The notes: generated from the letters alone by a model not told the origin. A stretch of DNA of 64,000 bases from Octopus sinensis (GCF_006345805.1 NC_042997.1:162006001-162070000), one strand, 5' to 3'. Counted from the first letter of the stretch, positions 37,017-53,093 are shown. Made by a program: numbers and translations.

Positions 37017-39110
37017 ATTGATTGATTGATTGATTGATTGATTCTAGTTTCAGCTTATGAGCTGTGGCCATGCTGGGGCACCGCCATTTGGTGTTGATAC
37101 TTGGTTTCACTTCATGGAGGCTTTCTAGCAACTGCTATTGGGCATGAGAGAGTTCGATGCAGCTGCCCTCATCTGCCCCTCCTGCCGTGAAGTTGGGTCA
37201 TATGGGACACCTGACAGGAAGAGATCCAGCTTTTTTTATTTAAAGACATCTGTATCCACCCCATGCAGGTCTCTCAGGTTCTTCGGGAGGATATTGAAGA
37301 GCTGTGGGCCTCGGAAGCCCAGGCTATCACAGAATCTTGTCCTACATCTTGATGGCAGGTTTGGAGTCCTAGGCACCACGCAGTGGCGCCCAGTTCTGGC
37401 ATTTGCGTAACTCTCGATGCCAAAGTCAGGACACTTCCTCCAGGATCTTCCAGATGTATATTATGGCATATCTTTCCGCCTACGCTCCAGGGAATATAAT
37501 TTTAATCTCTTGAGTCTTCCCAGTAGCTTACATTCTGCATAGAGGCTATCTTCTTGGTAGCTCGTTGGGTCGCCTCAAGTTCTGTGATCAACTTGACACT
37601 GGATGGTGACCATAGCTGAGAGCAATAGTCAAAGTGGCTTAGGACAGTGTCTTCCAGAGGACCATCATGGTTTCTTGTTCTCTTGTTCTAAAGGTTCTAA
37701 GAATCCATCCAGCCAGCCGTCTACATTTCAGTGTCAGTTTAGCAACATGTACATGAAAGGTCGCGTCATCACTCATGTGAATACCAGGTCACGCACTGAT
37801 TGTGCCTCTGGGTTGCAATCCCTCCGGGTCCAGTGTATTCATTGGGTATTGCATTCAGTTTTGCATGCTGATAGTATAAGCTTGAAACTTTCCAGCATTG
37901 AACTGCATGCTATTCTTTTCAGCCCACTTGTATATTTCGTCCAGCTCACATTGCAGGTGTTTAGTGTCCTCAGGGTTCTGTATTGCCTGTGAAACTTTGT
38001 ATATCTGCATAACTTGTGATCGTGGCTCTCTGCGGGCTGAGGGAATGTCTGAGAGGGCCATATGAACAGTAGTGGTCCCAGAACAGTGCCCTGCGGAACA
38101 CCGCTCACTTTGTGTGTTAATGGAGGTGGCCCCATTGGCTACTACCACCTGACTTCTATCATTAGAAAGTCATGAAGCCATTCTCCCAGTTTTCCACTAT
38201 GTTGAGATCACGCAGTTTGTGACATATCATTCCATGATCGACTTTATCAAAGGCCTTTGCAAAGTCGAGATATATCACTTCCACATTTGAGTGGTTGAGC
38301 AGCCGTTTCAGCACCCAGTCATAGTGTTGTAGGAGCTGAGTTAAACAGCTTCTCCCTGGTCGGAACCATGTTGGGTGTCGGGCAGCAAGTCATTCTCTTC
38401 AAGGAAGGTGATCAGCTTCCTTCTGACTATTCGTTCCATGACCTTGCTGATGTGTGAGGTCAGAGAGATAGGTCTATAGTTCTTGGCTTCCGCTCTGCTA
38501 CCTCCTTATGAATGGGGCATATTTTACCTTCCTTCAGTTTTCCTGGAAGTTTGCCAGCTGAAGGAAGCTCTGAAAGAGGAACTGCAGTGGTCTTGCTAGG
38601 AACTCTCTACATGCTTTTAGGAGGATTGCCGGGAATCCATCGGGGCCAGTAGCTGAGTCTGTTTCATTTCATCTATAGCCTTGGTTACATCTTCTTCCTT
38701 TATATCGATGTAATCTATCGTCGCCGCCTCTGAATTTATATCTGCAGTGTTAAAAAAGTCAGTTGGATTGGTGATTTGGAGATGCCCAAGGGTGAGTGAA
38801 AACACTCTTGAATTGCTCATTCAGTATTTCACTTACCCTCATTGGTTTTCCTGTAGTGTGCCAGCCTTTCGAGGAGTGGCCTATTCTACAGTGCACTGTA
38901 GCTGTTTCTTTGCATACCTGTAGAAAGCTCTGGGGTTAGATTTTATGTTTTCTATAGCCCAGGCTTCTTGTATGCTCTTTCTTTTTCATGGGAGAGTGCA
39001 GACATTTTTCGATTTCCAACAGTTAATTTTAGGCGGGAATTTCACTGCTTTCAATCTGTTTGTTTAGGCGATTGAAAATTTCGTACGCCGTCTCATTAAA
39101 AGTTTCCCTC
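37017..39110 (-). mobile_element. CR1-group LINE family A, 5'-truncated copy (A1)
   Basis: RT motifs YRPISLTSHISK, YLDFAKAFDKVDHG and [14 protein letters not shown]. The 3' end is GGTGCCCCAGCATGGCCACAGCTCATAAGCTGAAACTAG(AATC)n. Highly similar to 43287-45410. Confidence 0.92.
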
Positions 39111-39455
39111 TATAGAATATATATTATATATATATAATATAGATATATATATATAATATATATATATATCATATATATAATAGATATAATATATTATATA
39201 TAGAGAATATATATATAATAATATAATATATATTAATATATATTATAATATATATATATATATATATAGATATATTATATATAATATACTATATATATAT
39301 ATAATATATATAGAATATATTATATATATATATATATATATAATATATATATATATATAATATATATATATAATATAATATATATATATTATATAGATAA
39401 TATATATATAATATATATATATATAATATATATATATATATAATATATTATATAT

Positions 39456-39497
<42 letters not shown>

Positions 39498-39512
39498 ATT
39501 ATATATATATAT

Positions 39513-41077
39513 GTGTCCTGAAGTGTGTCGACACCAACTTGCATCTCCCCTGCTAATCTGTGGAGAAACTCACTGGATGCTGGCTATATTCCAAAAAACC
39601 TTCTGTCCCAGTCTGTTGTCCCAGTTTCAAAAAGGGAAAACAAGTCCTTGCAGTGAATTACGTCCGATCTCACTCACCTCTCATATCATCAAGGTATTTG
39701 AGAGGGTGGTGAGATCTCGAATAACCAATTTATGGAAAGCAACAGACGGCTGATTCCAACCAACATGGGTTCCGTAATGGAAGGGACTGCCTACCGCAGC
39801 TCCTGCATCACTTTGAGGACATTTTGAGAGCTTGGGGAGAGGGCTCCAACACCGATGTCATCTACCTTGATTTCAGTAAGGCCCTCGACAGGGTCGATCA
39901 CGATCCTATTGAAAAAACTATCCAACATTGGTGTCTCTGGAAAGTTACTGAAATGATAAGTGTTTCCTGACAGACAGATCTCAACATGTTGTAGTTGAAG
40001 GGGTAAAATCAAGCCCAGCCAAGTCAGTAGTGGCGTTCCGCAAGGCACTGTGCTGGGCCCACTTCTTTTCATCATTTACATTAATGACATTAATGACATC
40101 ATCAAGACACAGCAACAAAAAATCTTTGCAGATGACTCCAAGCTACAGAAGGTCATATGAGGCGAGTGACCGGACATGCCCTCAGTCAGATCTACTGGCT
40201 GTTATCCAATGGGAAAAAAAACAATATGCCTGCTGAACGAGGATAAATTTGAGCTAATCCACTTTGGAAAAGAGGATGCCCCTGAAACTCCCATACTCCC
40301 TTCCTTCAGGTGAAACTCTCGCGGGTCCAACAACATCAGAGACTTGGGATAAGTATTGTGACAACAACGTAAGCTGGCCACTCATATAAACACCAAAGTT
40401 GACATGGCCGCAGAATGTGTTCCTGATTCTCAGAACTTTCCAGTCGAGAGATATCCACACCATTATCCTTCTCTTCTCACTTTTGCCCGACCCCACCTTG
40501 AATACTGTTGTCCACTGTGGCTCTCCCACACAATACAAGGTATCATAAAGTTGAAGCACCTCAAAGGGCAATCACAAAAAAGATAGATGGCATGACAGGC
40601 CTCGACTATTGGGGTCGACTAGAAAAGCGAAAAACCTATTCTCTCCAACGTCGTCGTGGAGCGCTACATCATCTGCATGATGTGGAAAATATTCCATCAG
40701 CATGCCCAATGTGTTGGCATCACCTTTAAGGTACCTCCAAGGCTTGGGGCCTCGTGCCATCCGCCCAAACAAAAATCGCACTCTCATCTCATAACAACAA
40801 TACGGCACAATTATTTAACCTCAATTGGCCCCGCTCTCTTTAACATTACACCAAAACACATTAAAACAGAAAACTGACCCTATAGGGTTCAAGAAGTCTT
40901 TGGACAGATTCCTTCAGAAATCCCGGAAACCCCTACACCCGGATATGTCTCTGTAACAATAACTCTCTACTTGAGTGGGCCATAGTGCCCAAATTCTGAC
41001 TTGAAAGAAACTTCACCAGGTGGTGCTATTAAGTAGACATGGCCTGGGCCAATAATGGCCGAAACCTATCCAAGTAT
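39513..41077 (+). mobile_element. CR1-group LINE family B, 5'-truncated copy (B1)
   Basis: [62 protein letters not shown] and RPHLEYCCPLW. The 3' end is CATGGCCTGGGCCAATAATGGCCGAAACCTATCCAAGTAT. Confidence 0.9.
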
Positions 41078-41084
41078 AATATAT

Positions 41085-41136
<52 letters not shown>

Positions 41137-41181
41137 ATATATATAATATATATATATATATATAATATATATATATATATA

Positions 41182-41253
<72 letters not shown>

Positions 41254-41399
41254 ATATATATATATTATATATATATATATAATATATATATATAAATAAT
41301 ATATATATATATCTATATATATATATATAATATATATTAATCTATATATATTATAATATATATATATATATATAATATATATATATAATATATATATAC

Positions 41400-41430
<31 letters not shown>

Positions 41431-41458
41431 TATATATATAAGATACTAATTAATATAT

Positions 41459-43286
<1,828 letters not shown>

Positions 43287-43384
43287 ATTGATGATTGATT
43301 GATTGATTGATTGATTCTAGTTTCAGCTTATGAGCTGTGGCCATGCTGGGGCACCGCCATTTGGTGTTGCTACTTGGTTTCACT

Positions 43385-46371
43385 TCATGGAGGCTTTCTA
43401 GCAACTGCTATTTGGTGCATGAGAGAGTTCGATGCAGCTGCCCTCATCTGCCCCTCCTGCCGTGAAGTTGGTTCATCTGGGACACCTGACAGGAAGAGAT
43501 CCAGCTTCATTTAAAGACATCTGTATCCACCCCATGCAGGTCTCTCAGGTTCTTCGGGAGGATATTGAAGAGCTGTGGGCCTCGGAAGCCCAGGCTATCA
43601 CAGAATCTTGTCCTACATCTTGATGGCAGGTTTGGAGTCCTAGGCACCACGCAGTGGCGCCCAGTTCTGGCATTTGCGTAACTCTCGATGCCAAAGTTCA
43701 GGACACTTCCCTCCAGGATCTTCCAGATGTATATTATGGCATATCTTTCCCGCCTACGCTCCAGGAATATAATTTTAATCTCTTGAGTCTTTCCCAGTAG
43801 CTTACATTCTGCATAGAGGCTATCTTCTTTGTGTAGCTTCGTTGGATCGCCTCAAGTTCTGTGATCAACTTGACACTGGATGGTGACCATAGCTGAGAGC
43901 AATAGTCAAAGTGGCTTAGGACAAGTGTCTTCCAGAGGACCATCATGGTTTCTTGTTCTCTTGTTCTAAAGGTTCTAAGAATCCATCCAGCCAGCCGTCT
44001 ACATTTCATTGTCAGTTTAGCAACATGTACATGAAAGGTCGCGTCATCACTCATGTGAATACCCAGGTCACGCACTGATTGTGCCTCTGGGATTGCAATC
44101 CCTCCGGGTCCAGTGTATTCATTGGGTATTGCATTCAGTTTTGCATGCTGATAGTATAAAGCTTGAAACTTTCCAGCATTGAACTGCATGCTATTTTTTC
44201 AGCCCACTTGTATATTTCGTCCAGCTCACATTGCAGGTGTTTAGTGTCCTCAGGGTTCTGTATTGCCTGTGAAACTTTTGTATCATCTGCATAACTTGTG
44301 ATCGTGGCTCTCTGCGTGGCTGAGGGCATGTCTGAGAGGGCCATTATGAACAGTAGTGGTCCCAGAACAGTGCCCTGCGGAACACCGCTCACTATTTGTG
44401 TGTTAATGGAGGTGGCCCCATTGGCTACTACCACCTGACTTCTATCCTTCAGAAAGTCATGAAGCCATTCTCCCAGTTTTCCAACTATGTTGAGATCACG
44501 CAGTTTGTGACATATCATTCCATGATCGACTTTATCAAAGGCCTTTGCAAAGTCGAGATATATCACTTCCACATTTGAGTGGTTGAGCAGCCGTTTCAGC
44601 ACCCAGTCATAGTGTTGTAGGAGCTGAGTTAAACAGCTTCTCCTGGTCGGAAACCATGTTGGGTGTCGGGCAGCAAGTCATTCTCTTCAAGGAAGGTGAT
44701 CAGCTTCCTTCTGACTATTCGTTCCATGACCTTGCTGATGTGTGAGGTCAGAGAGATAGGTCTATAGTTCTTGGCTTCCGCTCTGCTACCTCCTTTATGA
44801 ATGGGGCATATTTTACCTTCCTTCAGTTTTCCTGGAAGTTTGCCAGCTGCAAGGAAGCTCTGAAAGAGGAACTGCAGTGGTCTTGCTAGGACTCTCTTAC
44901 ATGCTTTTAGGAGGATTGCCGGGAATCCATCGGGGCCAGTAGCTGAGTCTGTTTTCATTTCATCTATAGCCTTGGTTACATCGTCTTCTTTATATCGATG
45001 TAATCTATCGTCGCCGCCTCTGATTTTATATCTGCAGTGTTAAAAAAGTCAGTTGGATTGGTGATTTGGAGATGCCCAAGGGGTGGAGTGAAAACACTCT
45101 TGAATTGCTCATTCAGTATTTCACTTACCCTCATTGGTTTTCCTGTAAGTGTGCCATCCTTTTCGAGGAGTGGCCCTATTCTACAGTGCACTGTAGCTGT
45201 TTCTTTGGCATACCTGTAGAAAGCTCTGGGGTTAGATTTTATGTTTTCTATAGCCCAGGCTTCTCTGTCTGCTCTTTCTTTTTCATGGGAGAGTTGCAGA
45301 CATTTTCGATTTCCAACAGTTTTATTTTTAGGCGGGACTTTTCACTGCTTTCAATCTGTTTGTTTAGGCGATTTGAAAATTTCGTACGCCGTCTCATTAA
45401 AATTTTCCTCTCTGGGGATTTTGTTCTTGTGTACAGTGGCCTTTCTCTCTGGGACACATTTGTAGCATATGGCTTGCATTACAGACATGAATTGTTGAAG
45501 TTTCACGTCGATGTCTGGCGAGGAGAGACATTTAGGCCAGTTTTGTTTGAGGATCTCTTTCTCAATTTGTTTCCAGTTTGCCTTATGGTAGTTCAAGCTG
45601 GAAAGATTTTGAGGGTTTCTTGTAGGCTGCATGTCCGTGCTCTCTTTTGGCCCGTACATGGTCAGCTCTATCATGTTGTGATCCGAGAGTAGTGTCGGTG
45701 TCACTTTCACATTATGGATGAGATCCATGTCATTTGTGAAGCAGAGATCCAGTGTGTTCCTGCCCTGGTTGGTTGGAGTATTACCTGCTCCATGTACAGG
45801 GTGTTGATGAGGTTCAGGAGGGACCTCGCCTGTCCTCGTTCACATCTTGTCATTCCTGGGAGAGAAAGGCCCTCGGGCCATCTGACATTGGGCAGATTGA
45901 AGTCTCCCATAAGAAGCACACCTATGTGTTGTTCTAATGTGGTTAGAATTTCTTCTATTTTTATAAGGCAGTCTTCAAACTTGCCCACATGGCTTGGGGC
46001 ATCTGGAGGGCGATATGTAGCACACACAACTACATCAAGTTGCCTAATATGTACAATTAGTGTGTCACACACCGAGTTTGAGTATGACAAGAGGACCTGG
46101 GGTGTGAGGTCCTCACGGATGTACATAGCAACACCTCCATGACTCCTTTCTTTCCTGTCGGTCCGTAGTACAGCATACTGTGGTATGTGTAACTCCGCAT
46201 CTGCTATGTCCGGTTTCAGGTGCGTTTCTGTAAGTGCTATGCATAAGGCTTGATTGCATGCAACAAAGTCTCTCAGGACGGGATCTTTGTCCTGTTACTG
46301 AGTGTTTGCAGTCCTCTGATGTTCAGTAGGAGTATCGAGGTGAGGTGTACGTTGTTGCCGGCGGTGTCCAT
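43385..46371 (-). pseudogene. LINE ORF2 (AP endonuclease plus reverse transcriptase), frameshifted in this sequence
   Basis: MDTAGNNVHLTSILLLNIRGL, IALTETHL, GGVAMYIRE, YRPP, MGDFNLP, SDHNMI (APE). [41 protein letters not shown] and DYCSQLWSP (RT and C-terminus). Stop TGA at 43387-85. Confidence 0.92.
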
Positions 46372-46447
46372 CCTGTGTCTGTTTGCTGTGGTGGTCTGGT
46401 ATATAGTGGGTAGTCCCACCTGCGGGCTTGGGTTTGATGAAGCCAGG

Positions 46448-47205
46448 TCAGCTGCTGTACAATCTTTTGTGCCATGCACAAAAAGATTGTTGCTCAGCAG
46501 CTGCTCTTTCGACATCATGTTGGCTGTTTGTGGCGCGCACAACATCTGCGTACCTCCGCTTTGGGGCAGGTGGTGCGTGGTCCATCCCTTTTCTTTGTGT
46601 TGATGGTTTGTCCATCTGCCTCGTGTCTCTGTGGCAGGGTCCCCGATGTGCAAAGCGGCAGCCTGCACCTTCCTTTCCATGCCAGCAGGAACCTCTCAGG
46701 TAGAACATACACACCCGTGTGCGCTGTTTGGTTCCATCCTTTGCGGTTCCACTCTTTGGTCCTGCTTGAGCTTTTTCTTTTCCTTTAGCTCTTCCAGTCC
46801 TTCTTTTAGTTCTTCTTCCTCCCTCTACCTCTTCACCGGGTTCTCCGTCTCCATGGCCCTTGCTGCCGGTTGGAGAACTTGCACCTGGGTTCACTTCCCG
46901 GGCAGGTTTCTCATTCAAAACCTCCTCCCGGGCGTCCACCAGGTGGGGGTGACTTCTTTCATCGTCTCCATTCTTGCCATCTTTGCTCCGCTCGTTCTCA
47001 AAGATGGCATCAAGTGCGCCAATGTGCGACCGTACAAGCGCATATGAGCGCACGAATTCCTGTCTCTTTCGCTCCATCTGAGCCGCTGTCCTCTTGTAGC
47101 CTCTGCTCTTCAGCGCAGCCGCAATCACCTCCCTAGGGCTATCTCCGCCGGCGCACTCCCATGCTCGAATAAATCCAGCTCATCACGTCTCCATGCTCTG
47201 GACAT
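46448..47205 (-). pseudogene. LINE ORF1 with an N-terminal Myb/SANT-like region and a CCCH zinc finger (one frameshift near the start)
   Basis: ATG at 47205 gives MSRAWRRDELDLF. After a frameshift comes REVIAAALKSRGYKRTAAQMERKRQEFVRSY, and later CMFYLRGSCWHGKEGAGCRFAH (C-x7-C-x8-C-x3-H). Confidence 0.7.
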
Positions 47206-47261
47206 GCTGGATAATCCGTCTATCCGTTTATCTATCTAATTATGTTCGAGAGAAGACAGGA

Positions 47262-48280
47262 AGATATTAAGGCTAATTAGAAGATAGAGTACTTGAAAAA
47301 GAAATATTAACAATATTAAAGTTTGTGTAAAAACGTTATTTGGGTAAAAACGTTATTTAATCTTAAGGCTAATTAGGGGATAGAGTATCTGAAAATGTAT
47401 TAGCAATATTAATATTATATTAGAGTGTGGATAAAAACGTTGTTTAATCTTAAGGCTAATTAGGAGATAGAGTATCTGAAAATATATTAGCAATATTAAT
47501 ATTATATTAGAGTGTGGGTAATATAAACGTTATTTAATTTAATCTTAAGGCTAATTAGAAGACAGAGTATCTGAAAATTATATATACAATATTAAGCAAT
47601 ATTAACCGTTATTTAATTTAATCTTAAGGCTAATTAGACATTATTAATATTAAACGTTATTTATTTAATCTTAAGGCTAATTAGAAGATAGAGTATCTGA
47701 AAATATATTAGCAATATTAATATTATATTAGAGTGTGGATAAAAACGTTATTTAATCTTAAGGCTAATCAGGAGATAGAGTATCTGAAAATATATTAGCA
47801 ATGTTAATATTATATTAGAGTGTGGGTAATATTAAACGTTATTTAATTTAATCTTAAGGCTAATTAGAGAAGATGAGTATATCTGAAGAATTATTAACAA
47901 TATTAAAACAATATTAAACGTTATTTAATTTAATCTTAAGGCTAATTAACAATAATTATTAACAATATTAAACAATATTAAACGTTATTTAATTTAATCC
48001 TAAGGCTAATTAGACGTTTTTAATATTAAACGTTATTTAATTTAATCTTAAGGCTAATTAGAAGATAGAGTATCTGAAAAATTATTAACAATATTAAGAC
48101 AATATTAAACGTTATTTAATTTAATCTTAAGGCTAATTAACAATAATTATTAACAATATTAAACAATATTAAACGTTATTTAATTTAATCCTAAGGCTAA
48201 TTTGACGGTATCAATATTAAACGTTATTTAATTTAATCTTAAGGCTAATTAGAAGATAGAGTATCTGGAAAATTATTATA
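47262..48280. repeat. AT-rich variable-length tandem array (14 monomers) in the LINE 5'UTR
   Basis: The core TAATC(T/C)TAAGGCTAAT recurs 14 times at about 45-95 bp spacing, with GATAGAGTATCTGAAAA and AAACGTTATTTAA submodules. Confidence 0.9.
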
Positions 48281-48793
48281 TCGAGAACAGTTATTGATAA
48301 TGTAACAAAACAAAAACGATCGCAACTTTAACTAAGATGTGGGCCTAAGTGAAAGATAAATAGAATAATAAATAAAATATTAAATAAAATATGAAATGGA
48401 TGAATTGATACTTATCAACAATGTGGTCTGGATTATTTTTTTGGTTTACGGGATTTTTTTCAGGAGAGATGCTTCTTTTTTCTTTCTTGCAGGAGATAAC
48501 TTGATTCAGTTATTTTGCACCATGTGCGTTTCGGCGAAATGAAAATTACTGTGTATGTATATGTATATATTTATATATATATTTTAAAAATATTTTTAAC
48601 CAAAGTGTTGTAGTGATCTCTGTGACTTAGAGTTTACGTTTTGCAACTACAGTGGGTTATTTCGCCGTTCTATGCAAACTTTTTCACAGAGCAAAGGCAA
48701 TCACGTCTTTCTCTGCTGACAACGGAACCGGATCTATATATATTATATATATATATTCTATATATATATATATATATTATATATATATATATA

Positions 48794-48832
<39 letters not shown>

Positions 48833-48851
48833 ATATATATATAATATATAT

Positions 48852-49698
48852 AAATCCTTAAATCCTTAAATCCTTAAAAATGTTTTAGCCCGAAGGCCGC
48901 GGCCATGCTGGGGCAACACCGCGAATGAGCCACACTAGTTATGATCCACCTCTATACTGGCACTTGATCAACAAGGGAGTTCGATGCTGAGCCCGCATCG
49001 CGTATCCTGTCGTGAGGTAGGTTCATCTGGACTTCCAACAAGAACGAGATCCCGTTAGTTTTAAAGAAACCCACATCACACCATGTAAGTTCTCAGGATT
49101 TAGGGAGGATGTTTGAAACGCTGTTGGTCCTCTGAAACCAAGCGTTGCGTATCTGACCTGTATTTTGATGGTGATGTGGAATCCTTGGCACCACGCAGCG
49201 CGCCCCGTTCTGCGGTTGAGTAACTTTGAATGCAAAATTTGGGATAAGACCCTCCAGGATTTTCCAGATGTATATTACTGCATATCTCTCCCGCCTCCGC
49301 CCAGGGAGAAGAGGTTTAATATATTCAGTCTTTCCCAGTAGCTGAATTTTGCATTGAGACGATTTCTTTGTATAGCTTCTCTGAGTTGCTTCGAGTTCTT
49401 ATGCTGTTTGTTTTATTTGTGTGGTGACCAAAGTGGGAGCAGTAGTCCAAGCGGCTGAGGACAAATGTTTTCCATAGACCATCAGTGTTCCTTCTCTTTG
49501 TTCTGAAAGTTCGATAATCCATCCAGCTAGCGTATGCATTTTATCACCAGATTAGCAATATGATTTATAAAGATGCATCATTGCTCATGTCAATGCCCAG
49601 GTCACCACTGATTTGACTCAGGATTGCATTCTTATGGGCCAGTATATAGTCTTCCGTAATTTACCTTGGTGTGCAGTAGCGAGGGCTGGAACTTACCG
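48852..49698 (-). mobile_element. CR1-group LINE family C, 5'-truncated copy
   Basis: RTFRTK..LWKTFVLSRLDYCS and YIWKILEG remnants. The 3' end is GCCCCAGCATGGCCGCGGCCTTCGGGCTAAAAC followed by (AAGGATTT)3. Confidence 0.88.
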
Positions 49699-49752
49699 TA
49701 TTATATATATATATTATATTAATATATATATATATATATTATATATATTATA

Positions 49753-49789
<37 letters not shown>

Positions 49790-49833
49790 ATATATATTAT
49801 ATATATATATATTATATATATTAATATATATAT

Positions 49834-49876
<43 letters not shown>

Positions 49877-50002
49877 TATATATATATATATATATAATAT
49901 ATATATATTATATATAATATATATATATATATTATATATATATATTATATATATCTATATATATTATATATATATTATATATTATATATATATATAGATT
50001 AT

Positions 50003-50086
<84 letters not shown>

Positions 50087-50104
50087 TATATAAGATATAT
50101 ATTA

Positions 50105-50140
<36 letters not shown>

Positions 50141-50215
50141 CTATAATATATATTATATATATATATATATATTATAATATATAATATATATATATATATA
50201 TATATTATATCTATA

Positions 50216-50258
<43 letters not shown>

Positions 50259-50358
50259 TATATATATACTAATATTATATATATATTATATATATATTAT
50301 ATATATAGATATATAATATATATATATATATATTATATATATATAATTAATTTATATA

Positions 50359-50434
<76 letters not shown>

Positions 50435-50464
50435 ATATTATATATATATATATATATTATATAT

Positions 50465-50513
<49 letters not shown>

Positions 50514-50606
50514 ATATTATATATATATATATATTATATATATATATTATATATATATATATTATATATATATATAATAATTATATATATATATATATAT
50601 TATATA

Positions 50607-50646
<40 letters not shown>

Positions 50647-50655
50647 ATATATATA

Positions 50656-50705
<50 letters not shown>

Positions 50706-50792
50706 ATATATATTATATTATATATATATATATAATATATATATATTTATATTATATTATATAATATATATATAAGATTATATATATATGAT

Positions 50793-50828
<36 letters not shown>

Positions 50829-50833
50829 ATATC

Positions 50834-50864
<31 letters not shown>

Positions 50865-51078
50865 ATATATATATATATTATATATTATATATATATATTA
50901 TATATATATTATTATATATATATATATATTATATTATATATATATATATATATATAATATATATATTATATATATATATATTATATATATAATATATATA
51001 TATAATATATATATATTTATATATAGATATATATATTATATATATATAATATTATAATATATATATAATATATAATAA

Positions 51079-51118
<40 letters not shown>

Positions 51119-51294
51119 TATATATATATATTATATATATAATATATTATAATATATATTATATATATATATATATATAATATATATATAATATATATAA
51201 TATTATATATATATAATATTATATATATATATATAATATATATATATAATATAATAATATATATAATTATATATATATATATATATATATAATA

Positions 51295-51333
<39 letters not shown>

Positions 51334-51412
51334 TATATAATATATATAATATATATATATATAATATAATATATATATTATATAATATATATATATAATA
51401 TATATAATATAT

Positions 51413-51446
<34 letters not shown>

Positions 51447-51472
51447 AATTATATATATTATAATATATATAT

Positions 51473-51503
<31 letters not shown>

Positions 51504-51535
51504 AATATATATATATATTATATATATATAATATT

Positions 51536-51612
<77 letters not shown>

Positions 51613-51892
51613 TATATATTATATATATATTATATATATATATTAATATATTATAATATATAATATATATAATATATATATATATATTATAATATATATA
51701 TAATATAATATATATATATATAATATATATATAATATATATAGATATATAATATAATATATATATATAATATATATATAATATATATATATATAGATATT
51801 ATACATATATATATATAATTATATATATATATATAATATTATATATATATAATATATAGATATTATTATATATATAATATATATATATATAT

Positions 51893-51991
<99 letters not shown>

Positions 51992-52446
51992 ATATATATT
52001 ATATATATATATAATATATATATTATATATATAATATATATATATTATATATATATAATATATATAATATATTATATATAATATAATATTATATATATTT
52101 ATAATATATATAATATATATATATATATATATCTATATATATATATAATATATATATATATAATAATATATATAATAATATATATATATATATAATATAT
52201 ATATAATAATATATATATAATATATATATATATATTATTATATATAATAATTATATATATATAATATATATATATATATATAATAATATATATATAATAT
52301 ATATATAGATAATATATAATATATATTATAGATATATATATAATATATATATATATTATATAATATATATTATAATATATATATATAATATATATATATT
52401 ATATAATGATAATATAATATATATATATATATAATATATATTATAT

Positions 52447-52492
<46 letters not shown>

Positions 52493-52531
52493 TATATATA
52501 TATATATATATAATATATATATATATATATA

Positions 52532-52569
<38 letters not shown>

Positions 52570-52587
52570 TATATATTAATATAATAT

Positions 52588-52630
<43 letters not shown>

Positions 52631-52874
52631 TATATTATATAATATATATATATATAATATATATAATATATAATATATAATAATATATATATATATATAT
52701 ATATAGATAATATATATTATATATATATATAATATATATTAATATATATAATTAATATATATATATATATATAATATATAGTATATTAATATATATAATA
52801 TATATTATATATCTATATATACTAATATAGATAATATATATATATATATATTATATATATAATATATATATATT

Positions 52875-52905
<31 letters not shown>

Positions 52906-52963
52906 GATATATATATATATAATATATATATATATTAATATATAATATATATACATAATATAT

Positions 52964-53015
<52 letters not shown>

Positions 53016-53046
53016 TATATATATATATATATAATATATATTATAT

Positions 53047-53093
<47 letters not shown>

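Larger units (their letters stand above)
43287..48735 (-). mobile_element. CR1-group LINE family A, apparently full-length copy (A2, ~5.45 kb)
   Basis: In order on the minus strand: 5' end at a (TA)n border (48735), 1.5 kb 5'UTR with a tandem array, ORF1, APE-RT ORF2, 3' hairpin and (AATC)n tail. Confidence 0.85.

Noticed and set aside
45714-47136. Plus-strand ORFs of 100-140 aa over the LINE
   Set aside because: They are antisense shadows of the GC-richer ORF1/ORF2 with no independent protein features.
43385-47205. Frameshifts in ORF1/ORF2 as programmed recoding
   Set aside because: They are numerous single-base indels, often in homopolymers, and differ between A1 and A2. Long-read error or neutral decay is more likely.
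47262-48280. Repeat-spacer-like array resembling CRISPR (also the 300-bp units at 26.9-27.8 kb)
   Set aside because: The intervening sequences are themselves repeated submodules, the context is eukaryotic and there are no cas genes.
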